A model generated the notes under the pieces. It ran no database searches. It saw nothing but the letters and a program-made list of their open reading frames with translations, and had not been told where the DNA came from. A program made the translations under genes and the position numbers. 64,000 nucleotides of DNA. Origin: Clostridia bacterium (GTDB lineage Bacteria > Bacillota > Clostridia > Christensenellales > DTU072). Positions 18,315 through 27,093 of the stretch are shown here, piece by piece. The stretch spans positions 198,944-262,943 of the forward strand of contig JAEDHK010000002.1 of the NCBI GenBank assembly GCA_016297005.1, in the 5' to 3' direction. Positions within the stretch are counted from its first letter, which is position 1. Each line of letters opens with the position of its first letter.

Positions 18315-18349
18315 AGGACTTATCCGCACAACCTGATAAGTCCTTTTTT
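18315..18349 (+). terminator. rho-independent terminator after the duplicated tmRNA end
   Basis: AGGACTTATC-10 nt-GATAAGTCCT followed by TTTTT. Confidence 0.8.
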
Positions 18350-18560
18350 ATATCAAATTCGCTTGTCTGATCTGATTATCATTCGAGCAGAGGGCGAGTT
18401 ATCATACGACCGAAGGGCGTCTTAAAATAACAAATCCTTATCGAAGTCGAACGATACTTTGTGCAACGCGTATTACTATCAGACGATAACGTAATTTGCG
18501 TATATTTTAACATCGCCCCGGAAAGTACTCCGCTCGAAGTTCTTACCCGGATATTTGTAA

Positions 18561-18589
18561 TTGCGACAATAAAGTAATTATGCTATAAT
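18561..18589 (+). promoter_or_regulatory. sigma-A promoter upstream of SDR gene (about 160-nt leader)
   Basis: TTGCGA (18561-18566), 17 nt, TATAAT (18584-18589). Confidence 0.5.
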
Positions 18590-18749
18590 AAAAGTACAGC
18601 GGCCGAGAAATTCAGTAAAGAAAATGTTTTTTTAAGAAAGATTGCTTGAAAACTCGGTAAAGCGTGCCGATCGCGGCCGGATCAAAGATAAAAATTACGG
18701 TTTTGATTTTTCAAAAGCGCAATAATATAAAAATGTAGGAAGGTAAAAC

Positions 18750-19553
18750 ATGGACAGATTGAAAGGCAAAGTAGCGGTTGTTACCGGCTCCACAAGCGGA
18801 ATCGGTATAGGTATTGCAAGACTGTTTGCGGCAGAAGGCGCAAAGGTGGTTATTTGCGGCAGAAGACAGGAGAAAGGACAAGCTGTCGTGGAGCGTATTC
18901 TAAAAGAAGGCGGCGAGGCGTACTATCACTATATGGATATTACCGCAACGGACAGCATCGAAAAACTTTTTTCGGATACCGTCGAAAAATACGGAAAAAT
19001 CGACGTGTTGGTAAATAATGCGGCAAACGTCGCGTTGAAAGACGGACGCGTTGACGAACTTACCCTTGAAATGTGGGACAGCATTTTTCAGAGCGATATG
19101 CGCGGCACTTTTTATGCGACAAAAACGGTTTTGCCTTATTTGCAGAAGAACGAAAACGGCGGTTCTATCATCAATATCGGTTCTATGGCGTCGTGTAGCG
19201 GCGATTTAAGTTCTACCGCTTACGCCTGTGCAAAAGCCGGCGTGGACAAACTCACGCAGTACACCGCGTTACAATACGGCAAACGGAATATCCGTTGCAA
19301 CTGCGTACGCCCCGGCTTAATCGTTACCCCCGAAAACGACGCTCACGTTCCGCAAGTACTCAAAGACATCTTTACAAGCAACATTATGGTTAATCGCTAT
19401 GGCTGTCCCGAGGATATCGGATATATGTGCGTATATCTTGCTTCCGACGAAAGCGCGTACGTTACCGGGCAAATAATCAACGTGGACGGCGGACTTAATT
19501 CTCACGTGCCCACTGTCGCACAGTTCCGTCAGCTCAATTCTCGCACCTGGTAA
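18750..19553 (+). CDS. SDR family oxidoreductase
   Basis: TGSTSGIGIGIA cofactor motif, NNAA, catalytic YACAKAG (YxxxK). 267 aa. Confidence 0.9.
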   Translation: MDRLKGKVAVVTGSTSGIGIGIARLFAAEGAKVVICGRRQEKGQAVVERILKEGGEAYYHYMDITATDSIEKLFSDTVEKYGKIDVLVNNAANVALKDGRVDELTLEMWDSIFQSDMRGTFYATKTVLPYLQKNENGGSIINIGSMASCSGDLSSTAYACAKAGVDKLTQYTALQYGKRNIRCNCVRPGLIVTPENDAHVPQVLKDIFTSNIMVNRYGCPEDIGYMCVYLASDESAYVTGQIINVDGGLNSHVPTVAQFRQLNSRTW

Positions 19554-19787
19554 AACGGAACGCCCGACGGAAAATACAGAATCGGACTCTTGCCGTGAAC
19601 AACAACTGATCCAGGCTCTTTTACGACGACATATCCGACTAAAAACCCTCTTCCTTCGAGCTCTGATAACGTTACGCGTCGCAACTTATACCCGTTATCA
19701 TCGAGGTTATATTTATAATAAGATCGTTTTTAAAGACTATGGGAAAAATATCGGCGCAACTTTTTGTTTGAACGACGCAAGAATCAG

Positions 19788-19815
19788 ATCCGCACCCGTC
19801 CGGTGCGGATTTTTT
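19788..19815 (+). terminator. rho-independent terminator about 235 nt downstream of SDR gene
   Basis: ATCCGCACC-5 nt-GGTGCGGAT followed by TTTTT. Confidence 0.8.
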
Positions 19816-19928
19816 GTTAGCAAGTCCGCCATGATAATGACCGCATTTTATAATGAAGCAAGACGTCGGCTTTTTTAAGAAAATTCTTTTCGATCTCTGA
19901 TAAAAGTCTGAATTTTTCCTTTATGCTC

Positions 19929-19975
19929 TTGACAAATATTTTAGAATGATTATAATAAATTTAGAAACATTCTAA
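19929..19975 (+). promoter_or_regulatory. promoter with two Fur-family 7-1-7 operator boxes
   Basis: TTGACA (19929-19934), 16 nt, TATAAT (19951-19956). Box 1 TTAGAAT-G-ATTATAA (19941-19955) overlaps the -10. Box 2 TTAGAAA-C-ATTCTAA (19961-19975) lies just downstream. Each is one mismatch from a perfect inverted repeat and resembles the PerR/Fur consensus TTATAATnATTATAA. Confidence 0.65.
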
Positions 19976-19990
19976 TTTTGGTTTATTGAA

Positions 19991-20362
19991 ATGACAAAAT
20001 ACGAAAGAGCAATTTACGAAATAGTTACTTTCAGTCGCGAGCATCTTACCGCAAGCGAGGTATATAAGCGATTGAAGAGTACTATGCCGAAAATTGCGCA
20101 GGCAACGGTTTATAACAACCTGAATAAACTTGTTGAGGCGGGACTTATACGGAAAATTTCTATCGAGGGGATGCCGGATAGATACGACGCCGTTTATAAG
20201 CACGACCATCTGGTGTGTAATCAATGCGGAAAGTTGACGGACGTTTCGTTCGCCGATATCAGTTCGTCTTTGAAAAAACAGATCGGTCAGAATTTTTTAT
20301 TTTACGATTTAAAGGTATATTACGTATGTCCCGATTGTCGGAAAAAACGTGGTGATCAATAA
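19991..20362 (+). CDS. Fur family transcriptional regulator (Zur/PerR/Fur type not resolved)
   Basis: 123 aa. Winged-helix N-domain, HDH motif, two CxxC pairs (CNQCG, CPDCR). Confidence 0.88.
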   Translation: MTKYERAIYEIVTFSREHLTASEVYKRLKSTMPKIAQATVYNNLNKLVEAGLIRKISIEGMPDRYDAVYKHDHLVCNQCGKLTDVSFADISSSLKKQIGQNFLFYDLKVYYVCPDCRKKRGDQ

Positions 20363-20423
20363 GTCGGTAGCGGAAAATACGGGTTAAAAAAACCGTAAAT
20401 ATATTTAATAAAGGAGATTTTTT

Positions 20424-20990
20424 ATGAGAAGTATTACGAAGTTAGATTTACAGTACGCGCACAGATTTTACGGATTTAAAGGCGAAGCTCAGTATTTGCA
20501 CGGGCATACCGGCGAGTTGACGATTGAAGTGGAAGACAGCGTAGAACCGGGAGTGAATATGGTTTTCCCTTGCAATGAAATACAAAAAACGGCTTGGTCG
20601 GTTTTAAAAAACTTTGATCACGCTCTGATTCTCAGAGAGGATGATCCGCTACTTCCCGCTATTTTGAACGTGTATGAAAAACAAGGCATTAAAAACGGGG
20701 CTCCTACCAACAAGATGAAAGGCCCTGCTTTTAAAACCGAACTTGCCACTGCATATCCCGATTGTCGCCTGGTCGTCACAAAAGAAACCATGACTGTTGA
20801 GGGAATGATTAAAATCGTATACGACCTACTTAAGGATAAGCTCAATATCGCTAAAATTACTTTTACCAGCGGTGTGAACGCCGCCTCCTGCGAATTTGAG
20901 ACGAAAAATAAGATCGACCGTTGCCCTCTGTGCGGTATCGCCCTGTCTCCGGAAGGCGTATGTCCGAAATGCGGTTATCGTAAAAACTGA
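20424..20990 (+). CDS. 6-pyruvoyl-tetrahydropterin synthase/QueD-like protein with C-terminal zinc-ribbon tail
   Basis: YAHRF...YLHGHTGELTIEV...NFDHALIL aligns with the PTPS/QueD His triad and DH motif. The position of the QueD catalytic Cys (CxxxHGH) is Ala here. C-terminus CPLCG..CPKCG. Confidence 0.7.
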   Translation: MRSITKLDLQYAHRFYGFKGEAQYLHGHTGELTIEVEDSVEPGVNMVFPCNEIQKTAWSVLKNFDHALILREDDPLLPAILNVYEKQGIKNGAPTNKMKGPAFKTELATAYPDCRLVVTKETMTVEGMIKIVYDLLKDKLNIAKITFTSGVNAASCEFETKNKIDRCPLCGIALSPEGVCPKCGYRKN

Positions 20991-21159
20991 TTTCTTCAAA
21001 AGGCAGTTTTTTTAAGAGGTCTTACGCTGAAAAGGGATTCGTCTTGACGAAAAATGGAAAATACCGATTTTCGTCGCACCGTCCCCGAACCTGTCGAGGT
21101 TGCTCTTCGATTATTTCTCTTTTGAGGAAAACGTTCTTTTAGCCTTTTTACTTGATAAG

Positions 21160-21196
21160 AGAAAAACAGATATGGCGCGGTATTCCCGCGCCATAT
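21160..21196 (-). terminator. rho-independent terminator of NhaC-family transporter gene
   Basis: Hairpin ATATGGCGCGG-5 nt-CCGCGCCATAT; on the minus strand it is followed by CTGTTTTTCT. Confidence 0.75.
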
Positions 21197-21243
21197 TCTA
21201 CTATACGGATTTCTGTTCAGAAGTCGCTTTGCGACTCTTTTGA

Positions 21244-22995
21244 CTACTCGTCATTTTTGCGAAGCGCTTCTATCTCGTTATCTACTTCGTTGCTGCCCTG
21301 GATCGTATCTTCGATGGGACGGGCGGAGGGCTTTTGGGACAATTTGGCAAAGAAGCCGCCGATCGCGTTGTCCATCTTATCAACGATGCCCTTTCTGTCC
21401 ATAAAGAAGAGACCGACGAGGCAAGCGGCAAGTAAGCCGAATCCGAAGGCAAGGGTAATGCCGGCGGACGCGCCGTAAGAAGAGCCGATATCCGTCGCGG
21501 TGATGAAACCAACGATCAGATAAGTAATGCCGGAAATGAGCGCGACGATGGTCGCGTACGGGAACTGCGTCTTAACGTGGTCGATGTGGTTGCATTGCGC
21601 GCCGGAAGAAGCCATGATGGTGGTATCGGAGATCGGGCTGACGTGGTCGCCATACACGGCGCCGGCAAGAACGGCGGACATAGTGAGGAAGAACAAGCCC
21701 TCGTTGGTGGTGGCCGACATAACGGCGGTGGAGATCGGGATCAACACGCCGAAGGTACCCCAGGACGTTCCCGTTGCGAAAGAAATGAAGCAAGCGAGAA
21801 TAAAGAACACGAACGGAATGATACCGAGCGCCATGCTGTCGGCCGTGATGTTGGCTTGAACAAAGGCTTTTGCGTTGAGCGTTCCGTCAAGAATGGCTTT
21901 TCCGGTTTCGTCAACGCCTTCGCCTTTTGCCCCCATGATTGCACCAAGCGTCCAGGCAAAGGTCAGAATCAATATGGCCGGAACCATGGACTTGAAGCCC
22001 TCGGCGATGGAGCTCATGAAGTTCTTGAACGTGATGGCTCTGGTGCAGACATAGAAGATAAAGGTAATAACGAGCGCGACGAAAGAGCCGAACGCAAGCG
22101 CGGATCCGGCGTCGCAGTTACTGAAAGCTTCCAAAACACCTTCCGATTGCAGTTCGGTACCGATAACGCCGGTATCCCAGTTATAGAAATAACCGTTGAA
22201 GATCATGGCGCCCACGCAACAAGCGATGAGGGTAACGATGGGGAAGACGAGGTTGATGACCTTGCCTCTTACGTTTCCTTCCGCTTTAACGTCTTCGGTA
22301 GGCAGGTCGGTTTCTCCCGCGTTGAGGTCTCCGGTCGTTTGCGCAATCTTTTCGTTACGCTTCATCTTGAAGAAATCCAATTTCAAAAGGACGCTGACCA
22401 CCATGAATCCGATGGTGAGGAGCGCGTACATGTTGAACGGGATGGTCTTGATGAAAGTGACGATACCGTTATCGCCGGCATATCCGGCAACGGCCGCCGC
22501 CCAAGAAGAAATGGGAGCGATAATACAGATAGGAGCCGCCGTCGCGTCGATAAGGTAAGCGAGCTTGGCATGGCTGATCTTGTGCTTATCGGTGACGGGA
22601 CGCATCGCGCTGCCGACGGTAAGGCAGTTAAAATAGTCGTCGACGAAGATAAGAGTGCCGAGTCCAACGGTGGCGAGTTCTGCGCCGGCCTTGGTCTTGA
22701 TCTTTGCGGAAGCCCATTCGCCGTAAGCCTTACTGCCGCCCGTCTTGACCATGAGTACAGCGAAGATGCCGAGGATGACCAAAAAGATCAGGATGCCGCC
22801 GTTACCGCCGAGCTGATTGCCCATGGTGATAAACAAGTTACTGAGCGCTTCCGCCGGGTTTCCGCCCGCAAGGAACATCGCGCCGGTAAAGATACCGACG
22901 AACAAGCTCAGGTATACTTGCTTCGTGATAAGAGCGAGTACGATAGCGACGATCGCGGGCACGAATGCCCAGAACGTACCTACAAAATATTCCAT
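21244..22995 (-). CDS. NhaC-family (Na+/H+ antiporter-like) transporter, probable lysine transporter given the L-box
   Basis: Polytopic membrane protein with NhaC-like repeats. Start set to ATG 22995 (MEYFVGTFW) behind AAGGAGG; the track start 23040 falls inside the riboswitch terminator hairpin. Confidence 0.85.
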   Translation of the reverse strand: MEYFVGTFWAFVPAIVAIVLALITKQVYLSLFVGIFTGAMFLAGGNPAEALSNLFITMGNQLGGNGGILIFLVILGIFAVLMVKTGGSKAYGEWASAKIKTKAGAELATVGLGTLIFVDDYFNCLTVGSAMRPVTDKHKISHAKLAYLIDATAAPICIIAPISSWAAAVAGYAGDNGIVTFIKTIPFNMYALLTIGFMVVSVLLKLDFFKMKRNEKIAQTTGDLNAGETDLPTEDVKAEGNVRGKVINLVFPIVTLIACCVGAMIFNGYFYNWDTGVIGTELQSEGVLEAFSNCDAGSALAFGSFVALVITFIFYVCTRAITFKNFMSSIAEGFKSMVPAILILTFAWTLGAIMGAKGEGVDETGKAILDGTLNAKAFVQANITADSMALGIIPFVFFILACFISFATGTSWGTFGVLIPISTAVMSATTNEGLFFLTMSAVLAGAVYGDHVSPISDTTIMASSGAQCNHIDHVKTQFPYATIVALISGITYLIVGFITATDIGSSYGASAGITLAFGFGLLAACLVGLFFMDRKGIVDKMDNAIGGFFAKLSQKPSARPIEDTIQGSNEVDNEIEALRKNDE

Positions 22996-23011
22996 ATTAC
23001 CCTCCTTAGGT

Positions 23012-23047
23012 AAATAAAAATGCCGTAGAAATGGAAACACTACGGCA
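23012..23047 (-). terminator. expression-platform terminator of the lysine riboswitch
   Basis: Minus strand TGCCGTAG-11 nt-CTACGGCA followed by TTTTTATTT, located between aptamer and RBS. Confidence 0.8.
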
Positions 23048-23080
23048 AAAACGACTCCTAAAAAAGAAAAGGGTTTTTAC

Positions 23081-23243
23081 AATAGCTCTCCACAATTACT
23101 TGTGACAGTCCAGGACGTTTTCCGTCATGGCCCAGCGGATACTGCTTCGGTCGAGCGTGAACCCGCTTCGGCGATATTGCCTTTCTTCTGCGCGAGCGAC
23201 CGCCCTTTTCGCAGAGTACTTATCAATTTCGCGCCTCTATCGT
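23081..23243 (-). promoter_or_regulatory. lysine riboswitch (L-box) aptamer
   Basis: Minus strand GATAGAGGCGCGAAATTGATAAGTACTCTGCGAAAAGGGCGG..AGAAAGGCAATATCGCCGAAGCGGG..CCGCTGGGCC..CCTGGACTGTCACAAGTAATTGTGGAGAGCTATT. It contains the conserved L-box blocks AGAGGCGC, AGTA, GAAAGG, TCGCCGAAG, CTGG, CTGTCA and GGAGAGCTAT in the canonical order. Confidence 0.85.
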
Positions 23244-23250
23244 GTGCATG

Positions 23251-23279
23251 ATGGTAGCACATTTCTGTCGATATGTCAA
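23251..23279 (-). promoter_or_regulatory. sigma-A promoter of L-box/transporter transcript
   Basis: Minus strand TTGACA (23279-23274), 17 nt, TACCAT (23256-23251). Confidence 0.6.
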
Positions 23280-23318
23280 TGATTTCTGCGTTTTTGTTAT
23301 TTTTCTCTCAATTTTATC

Positions 23319-25502
23319 TTACCTTTTCAGATAAAGTGGAATGCCCGACGTCATTTCGTACCTCTTCCCTTCCATTTCGACCGCCACCTTGCTGTCGCCG
23401 GTATAAGAAAGAATGTATTTTTCATTTCCCTCTTCTTTGGTATATTCTACGTCGATCCTGACGTTCGGACGGATCAAAGAACACTTTAAACGGGTCAATC
23501 CGCCGTATAAAGCCGGTCGTATGACGACAGAGCGGAACCCCGGCGTATAGCGTATGCCCGCCACGCCGTAAAAGAGGTATTTTACGGGCGAGCCGAACAT
23601 GGGATGATTCTGTGATTTCCTCCCGTCCCAGTATTCCCAAAGCGTCGTTGCGCCGCGGTTTTTCATATAGCCGAAACTACCCGGCTGTTCGGAACAAAGC
23701 AGGCGCGTCGCTTCCTCTTCCATTCCGTTCTCGAACAGGTACCGGTACAGATATTCTATACCGATGATACCCACGTCCATATAACCTCGCTTTACGTATG
23801 CTTCGGCCGCTTTTTTCCCTTCTTCTTTGGGGATCAAACCGAGATCGGCCATAAAAAAGTCCGCGCCTTGTACGCCTTTCTGACAGGAAGGCTTTTTGAC
23901 GTCCCAATAGACTCTCCTGACGGCGTCCGCGCAGGCTTTTTCCGTCTCTTCATAGGCGTATTCTTTTCCGCAGGCGGTTGCCATTTCTTTATATTGCCGC
24001 AAGGCGGTAATAAAGAGACAGGTATTGACGAACGGTTGCGCGATGACCGTTTTTTCTAACGTGCACCAATCGCCCAGGCACCAACCGCCCTTCCTTTCGC
24101 GCACGATCAGATCACGGTATTCTCCCTCTCCCATGCACTCGGTAAGAATATGCTTTATCCACTTTTCCATCGCCGGCAAAAGCGAAGAAATATATTCTTC
24201 TTCGCCAAACACGGTATAGTATTTATAGGGCGCGAAAATAATGGCGCCGCCCCAACCGCCGGGGCCGCCGCCACCGCCCATCAGCGGCGCCGTATGTTGT
24301 ACGTGTCCCGTCTTTTCGTCCTGACAATCGACGATGTCAGCGATCCACTTCCGGTAAAAGGATCTGCTCTCAAAACACAATAACGCCGTCTCGGTCGTAA
24401 GCTGACCGTCGGCGGTGTACCCTAACTTTTCCCGATGCGGACAATCGGACGGGATCCCGCCGTGCATGTTGTTGAGTTGGGTCAGCTTGTAGGCGTTAAA
24501 AAACCAGTTCAGGACTTCGTTATCACTCTCGAACGAGGCCGTTTCTTTAAACGGAACGTGGACGACGCACGCGACGCATTCGTCGATCTTTCCGAAAACG
24601 GAGAAATAGCGGAATCCGCTCCAACGGAAGGTCGGGTGCGCTACGATACCCGGCTTCAAACCGAAGTATTCTTCTTTTTGTTTTTGTTCTCTTCCGCCGA
24701 CGGCGGTAAAATCCAATCGCCTTTCTCCGCGCAAACTTTCCGCCTGGCATACGATTATCCGTCCTTTGCCGCGGACTTCCACCCAGCCCGTAATATTCTT
24801 CCCCACGTCGTAAACGGCGTATCGTCCGAACTTAAATAAAAGTCTGGGTTCGATCCGCTCGCATACGGTATCGGATAAGACGTCCTGAAAATAAAGCGGG
24901 CTCCCGAAGTCTGCCCGCTCGATGGGACTTTGCCACTTTCTGTCGTCAAATCCTGGCAAAAACCATTCTTTTTTGTATTTTCGGTAATCGACTTTCTCCC
25001 CGAAATAAACGTTACTTTCCACAATATGCGACGGCGCATACCGAAGCGTTTTGTCCGAAACGATTTCCTCTTTTCCCGTTTTCAACGTAAAGCAAAGATA
25101 GAGTTCTTCGGAAAAATTAACCTTCCCTTCGGCCGTTTTTTTGCGTTGCGTCAGCCACCCTCCGGCAAGGAATACGACCAGGACGTTTTCGCCCTCGTTC
25201 ATAAGTTCGGTTACGTCGTAACGACAGACGTATATCCGATGTTTGGTTTCTTCTCCCGGCAAAGGATAATTATAATGAGAAAAATCCCGATGAAAGTAGT
25301 CGGAGAATACGGGCGTGAAATAGTCGTCCGAAACTCGTTTTCCGTTGAGATAGACTTCAAAATATCCCAATCCGCAAATGATCAATTCCGCTTTGCCCGG
25401 TTTATCGACCGAAAAAGTTTTTCGCACAACGGGCAGACCTTTTTTTCTCTCCGGATAGACCGTCCAACGGGCCTTTCTCCCGAACGTTTCTTCAAAAGTC
25501 AT
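23319..25502 (-). CDS. alpha-L-rhamnosidase family glycoside hydrolase (GH78)
   Basis: 727 aa. N-terminal rhamnosidase-type domain (LIICGLGYFEVYLNGKRV) and DCPHREKLGYTADG resembling the GH78 DCPQRDERLGWTGD block. Confidence 0.85.
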   Translation of the reverse strand: MTFEETFGRKARWTVYPERKKGLPVVRKTFSVDKPGKAELIICGLGYFEVYLNGKRVSDDYFTPVFSDYFHRDFSHYNYPLPGEETKHRIYVCRYDVTELMNEGENVLVVFLAGGWLTQRKKTAEGKVNFSEELYLCFTLKTGKEEIVSDKTLRYAPSHIVESNVYFGEKVDYRKYKKEWFLPGFDDRKWQSPIERADFGSPLYFQDVLSDTVCERIEPRLLFKFGRYAVYDVGKNITGWVEVRGKGRIIVCQAESLRGERRLDFTAVGGREQKQKEEYFGLKPGIVAHPTFRWSGFRYFSVFGKIDECVACVVHVPFKETASFESDNEVLNWFFNAYKLTQLNNMHGGIPSDCPHREKLGYTADGQLTTETALLCFESRSFYRKWIADIVDCQDEKTGHVQHTAPLMGGGGGPGGWGGAIIFAPYKYYTVFGEEEYISSLLPAMEKWIKHILTECMGEGEYRDLIVRERKGGWCLGDWCTLEKTVIAQPFVNTCLFITALRQYKEMATACGKEYAYEETEKACADAVRRVYWDVKKPSCQKGVQGADFFMADLGLIPKEEGKKAAEAYVKRGYMDVGIIGIEYLYRYLFENGMEEEATRLLCSEQPGSFGYMKNRGATTLWEYWDGRKSQNHPMFGSPVKYLFYGVAGIRYTPGFRSVVIRPALYGGLTRLKCSLIRPNVRIDVEYTKEEGNEKYILSYTGDSKVAVEMEGKRYEMTSGIPLYLKR

Positions 25503-25511
25503 ATTCTCCTC

Positions 25512-26234
25512 CTACTTTTTGAAAAACTCTTTCATTCTCGGCAAAAGAGGTTCTTCTCCCGTCAATTTGTTCAACAATTTGCCGAAAACAGCTATGATCG
25601 GCGCATTGATAAGGGCTGTCACGACGGTGCCGGCGCCGATAAAGTGATAAGACGTAGCATAAATTTTGCTCCAATCGAACTCTCCTGCGTCGAGGTTGAT
25701 ACAAAAAGCAAGCAGGAGCGACAGCGCAAGGGATCCCATATCGTAACAGAGCTTTGTCTTTGCCACCGGAAAGCGGAATCTATCCGCTACCTCGGCCACA
25801 AACAACTCGTACGCCTGTAAGGGCAGATAGGTACGGAAAAAGCAGGCGACGCCCAGGGCCGTAATACAGTCGCCCACGATCAGAAAGACCCACCTCGTCC
25901 ATATTTCGACAAAGGGTTCTTCCCCGAGCAAAAACAACCAAAGATCGAGCACCAGACCATATACGACGGCCACGACGAAAGAAAAGAGGTACCTGAACCG
26001 CACTCTCCGGACGACGGCGCAAAGGGCAAGGATCAAGAACCCCTGAAAGATATACTCCATCGTGCCCACGGTGCACCCGGTCCAATACGGCGCGATCGCC
26101 TCTTGCAAAATAAAGGGCGGAGCGGCGATCATTGATATGCCCAGATCGGCCTTACTGCAAAGAGCGACGCCGAGAGAAACGAAAAGCACGCCGAATATCC
26201 AATACAATTCTCCCCATCGAAGAGGCTTTTTCAT
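25512..26234 (-). CDS. YczE/DUF6198-like integral membrane protein
   Basis: MKKPLRWGELYWIFGVLFVSLGVAL.. with about 6 TM segments. ATGA overlap with the upstream TraX-like gene. Confidence 0.6.
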   Translation of the reverse strand: MKKPLRWGELYWIFGVLFVSLGVALCSKADLGISMIAAPPFILQEAIAPYWTGCTVGTMEYIFQGFLILALCAVVRRVRFRYLFSFVVAVVYGLVLDLWLFLLGEEPFVEIWTRWVFLIVGDCITALGVACFFRTYLPLQAYELFVAEVADRFRFPVAKTKLCYDMGSLALSLLLAFCINLDAGEFDWSKIYATSYHFIGAGTVVTALINAPIIAVFGKLLNKLTGEEPLLPRMKEFFKK

Positions 26235-27001
26235 CCCTTCCCTCCCATGCATAAAAGATAAATTCCGTACAGCAAAACGAGATGCGACGGATAAAAAAAG
26301 TAAAAAAAGTACTTCATGCGCATTTTTCCGCGGCTTTCATTGTACAATGCCATTATCGGCACGGCAAGCAATCCCCATGCCTCCACCGTCCATAATTTAC
26401 CCATGAACACCGCAACGAGCATAATACCGAGCGCAAAAAAGAAAAGCCTGAGCCACTTTTTCTTCGTTAAGTACACGAGCCAGGGCAGAAGAACTCCGCC
26501 GAAATAATAATCGATATGGACGATCAGACTTATTTCGTACACCAAAAAGGCGTACCCGAAGAAAAGAGCGAACCCCAACGCGGCGCCGTCGATTCTCTTT
26601 GCTTTGCAAGCGGAAACAAAGTTACGCCATAAATAAATAAGCGCGATCGCAAAGCTGAACGAAAGAAAAACGTTCAGCATGTTATCTTTCATAATGTAAT
26701 AATAGACCAGGTGGAACAGCAGTCCCATCAACGTCATTACGCCGAGATAGCGGGCGCGATTTTTCGTATAGCGGCATCCTTCGGCAATAAAAAAGGCAAA
26801 TATCGGAAAGGCCAGCCGTCCGACGCATCGCATCCACATCGCCGACGAAATATTGGGGAAAAAGAGTAAACCGACGTGATCGACGATCATAAATAGAGCG
26901 GCCAATATCTTCAATTGATTTCCGCTCAAAAATCCCTCTTTCGTTCCGTTTCTTTCCCCTGTCATATTTTGATTGTAACCTCTTCCGCAAAAAAAGTCCA
27001 C
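26231..27001 (-). CDS. TraX family membrane protein
   Basis: NQLKILAALFMIVDHVG motif and multi-TM body typical of the TraX family. No conjugation genes nearby. Start uncertain (27001 or 26965). Confidence 0.7.
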   Translation of the reverse strand: MDFFCGRGYNQNMTGERNGTKEGFLSGNQLKILAALFMIVDHVGLLFFPNISSAMWMRCVGRLAFPIFAFFIAEGCRYTKNRARYLGVMTLMGLLFHLVYYYIMKDNMLNVFLSFSFAIALIYLWRNFVSACKAKRIDGAALGFALFFGYAFLVYEISLIVHIDYYFGGVLLPWLVYLTKKKWLRLFFFALGIMLVAVFMGKLWTVEAWGLLAVPIMALYNESRGKMRMKYFFYFFYPSHLVLLYGIYLLCMGGKG

Positions 27002-27028
27002 GGTTTGTAATTTTTTAATCGGAAATTT

Positions 27029-27057
27029 TTGACTTCCCTCCCGGACAGATTTATAAT
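27029..27057 (+). promoter_or_regulatory. sigma-A promoter of DUF4234/DUF2752 pair
   Basis: TTGACT (27029-27034), 17 nt, TATAAT (27052-27057). Confidence 0.6.
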
Positions 27058-27093
27058 AGATCCGGTTGAATACTGACTGATAAGGAGAAAAAT

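Noticed and set aside
20363-20423. Possible preQ1 riboswitch before the QueD-like gene (small hairpin ACGG..CCGT plus A-tract)
   Set aside because: The stem is only 4 bp. The loop lacks conserved preQ1-I nucleotides. The A-tract is inside the loop rather than forming the 3' tail.
21577-23013. 478-aa plus-strand ORF rich in Arg/Gly/Asp
   Set aside because: It is antisense to the NhaC-family transporter gene. Its low-complexity composition is characteristic of the reverse frame of a membrane protein gene.
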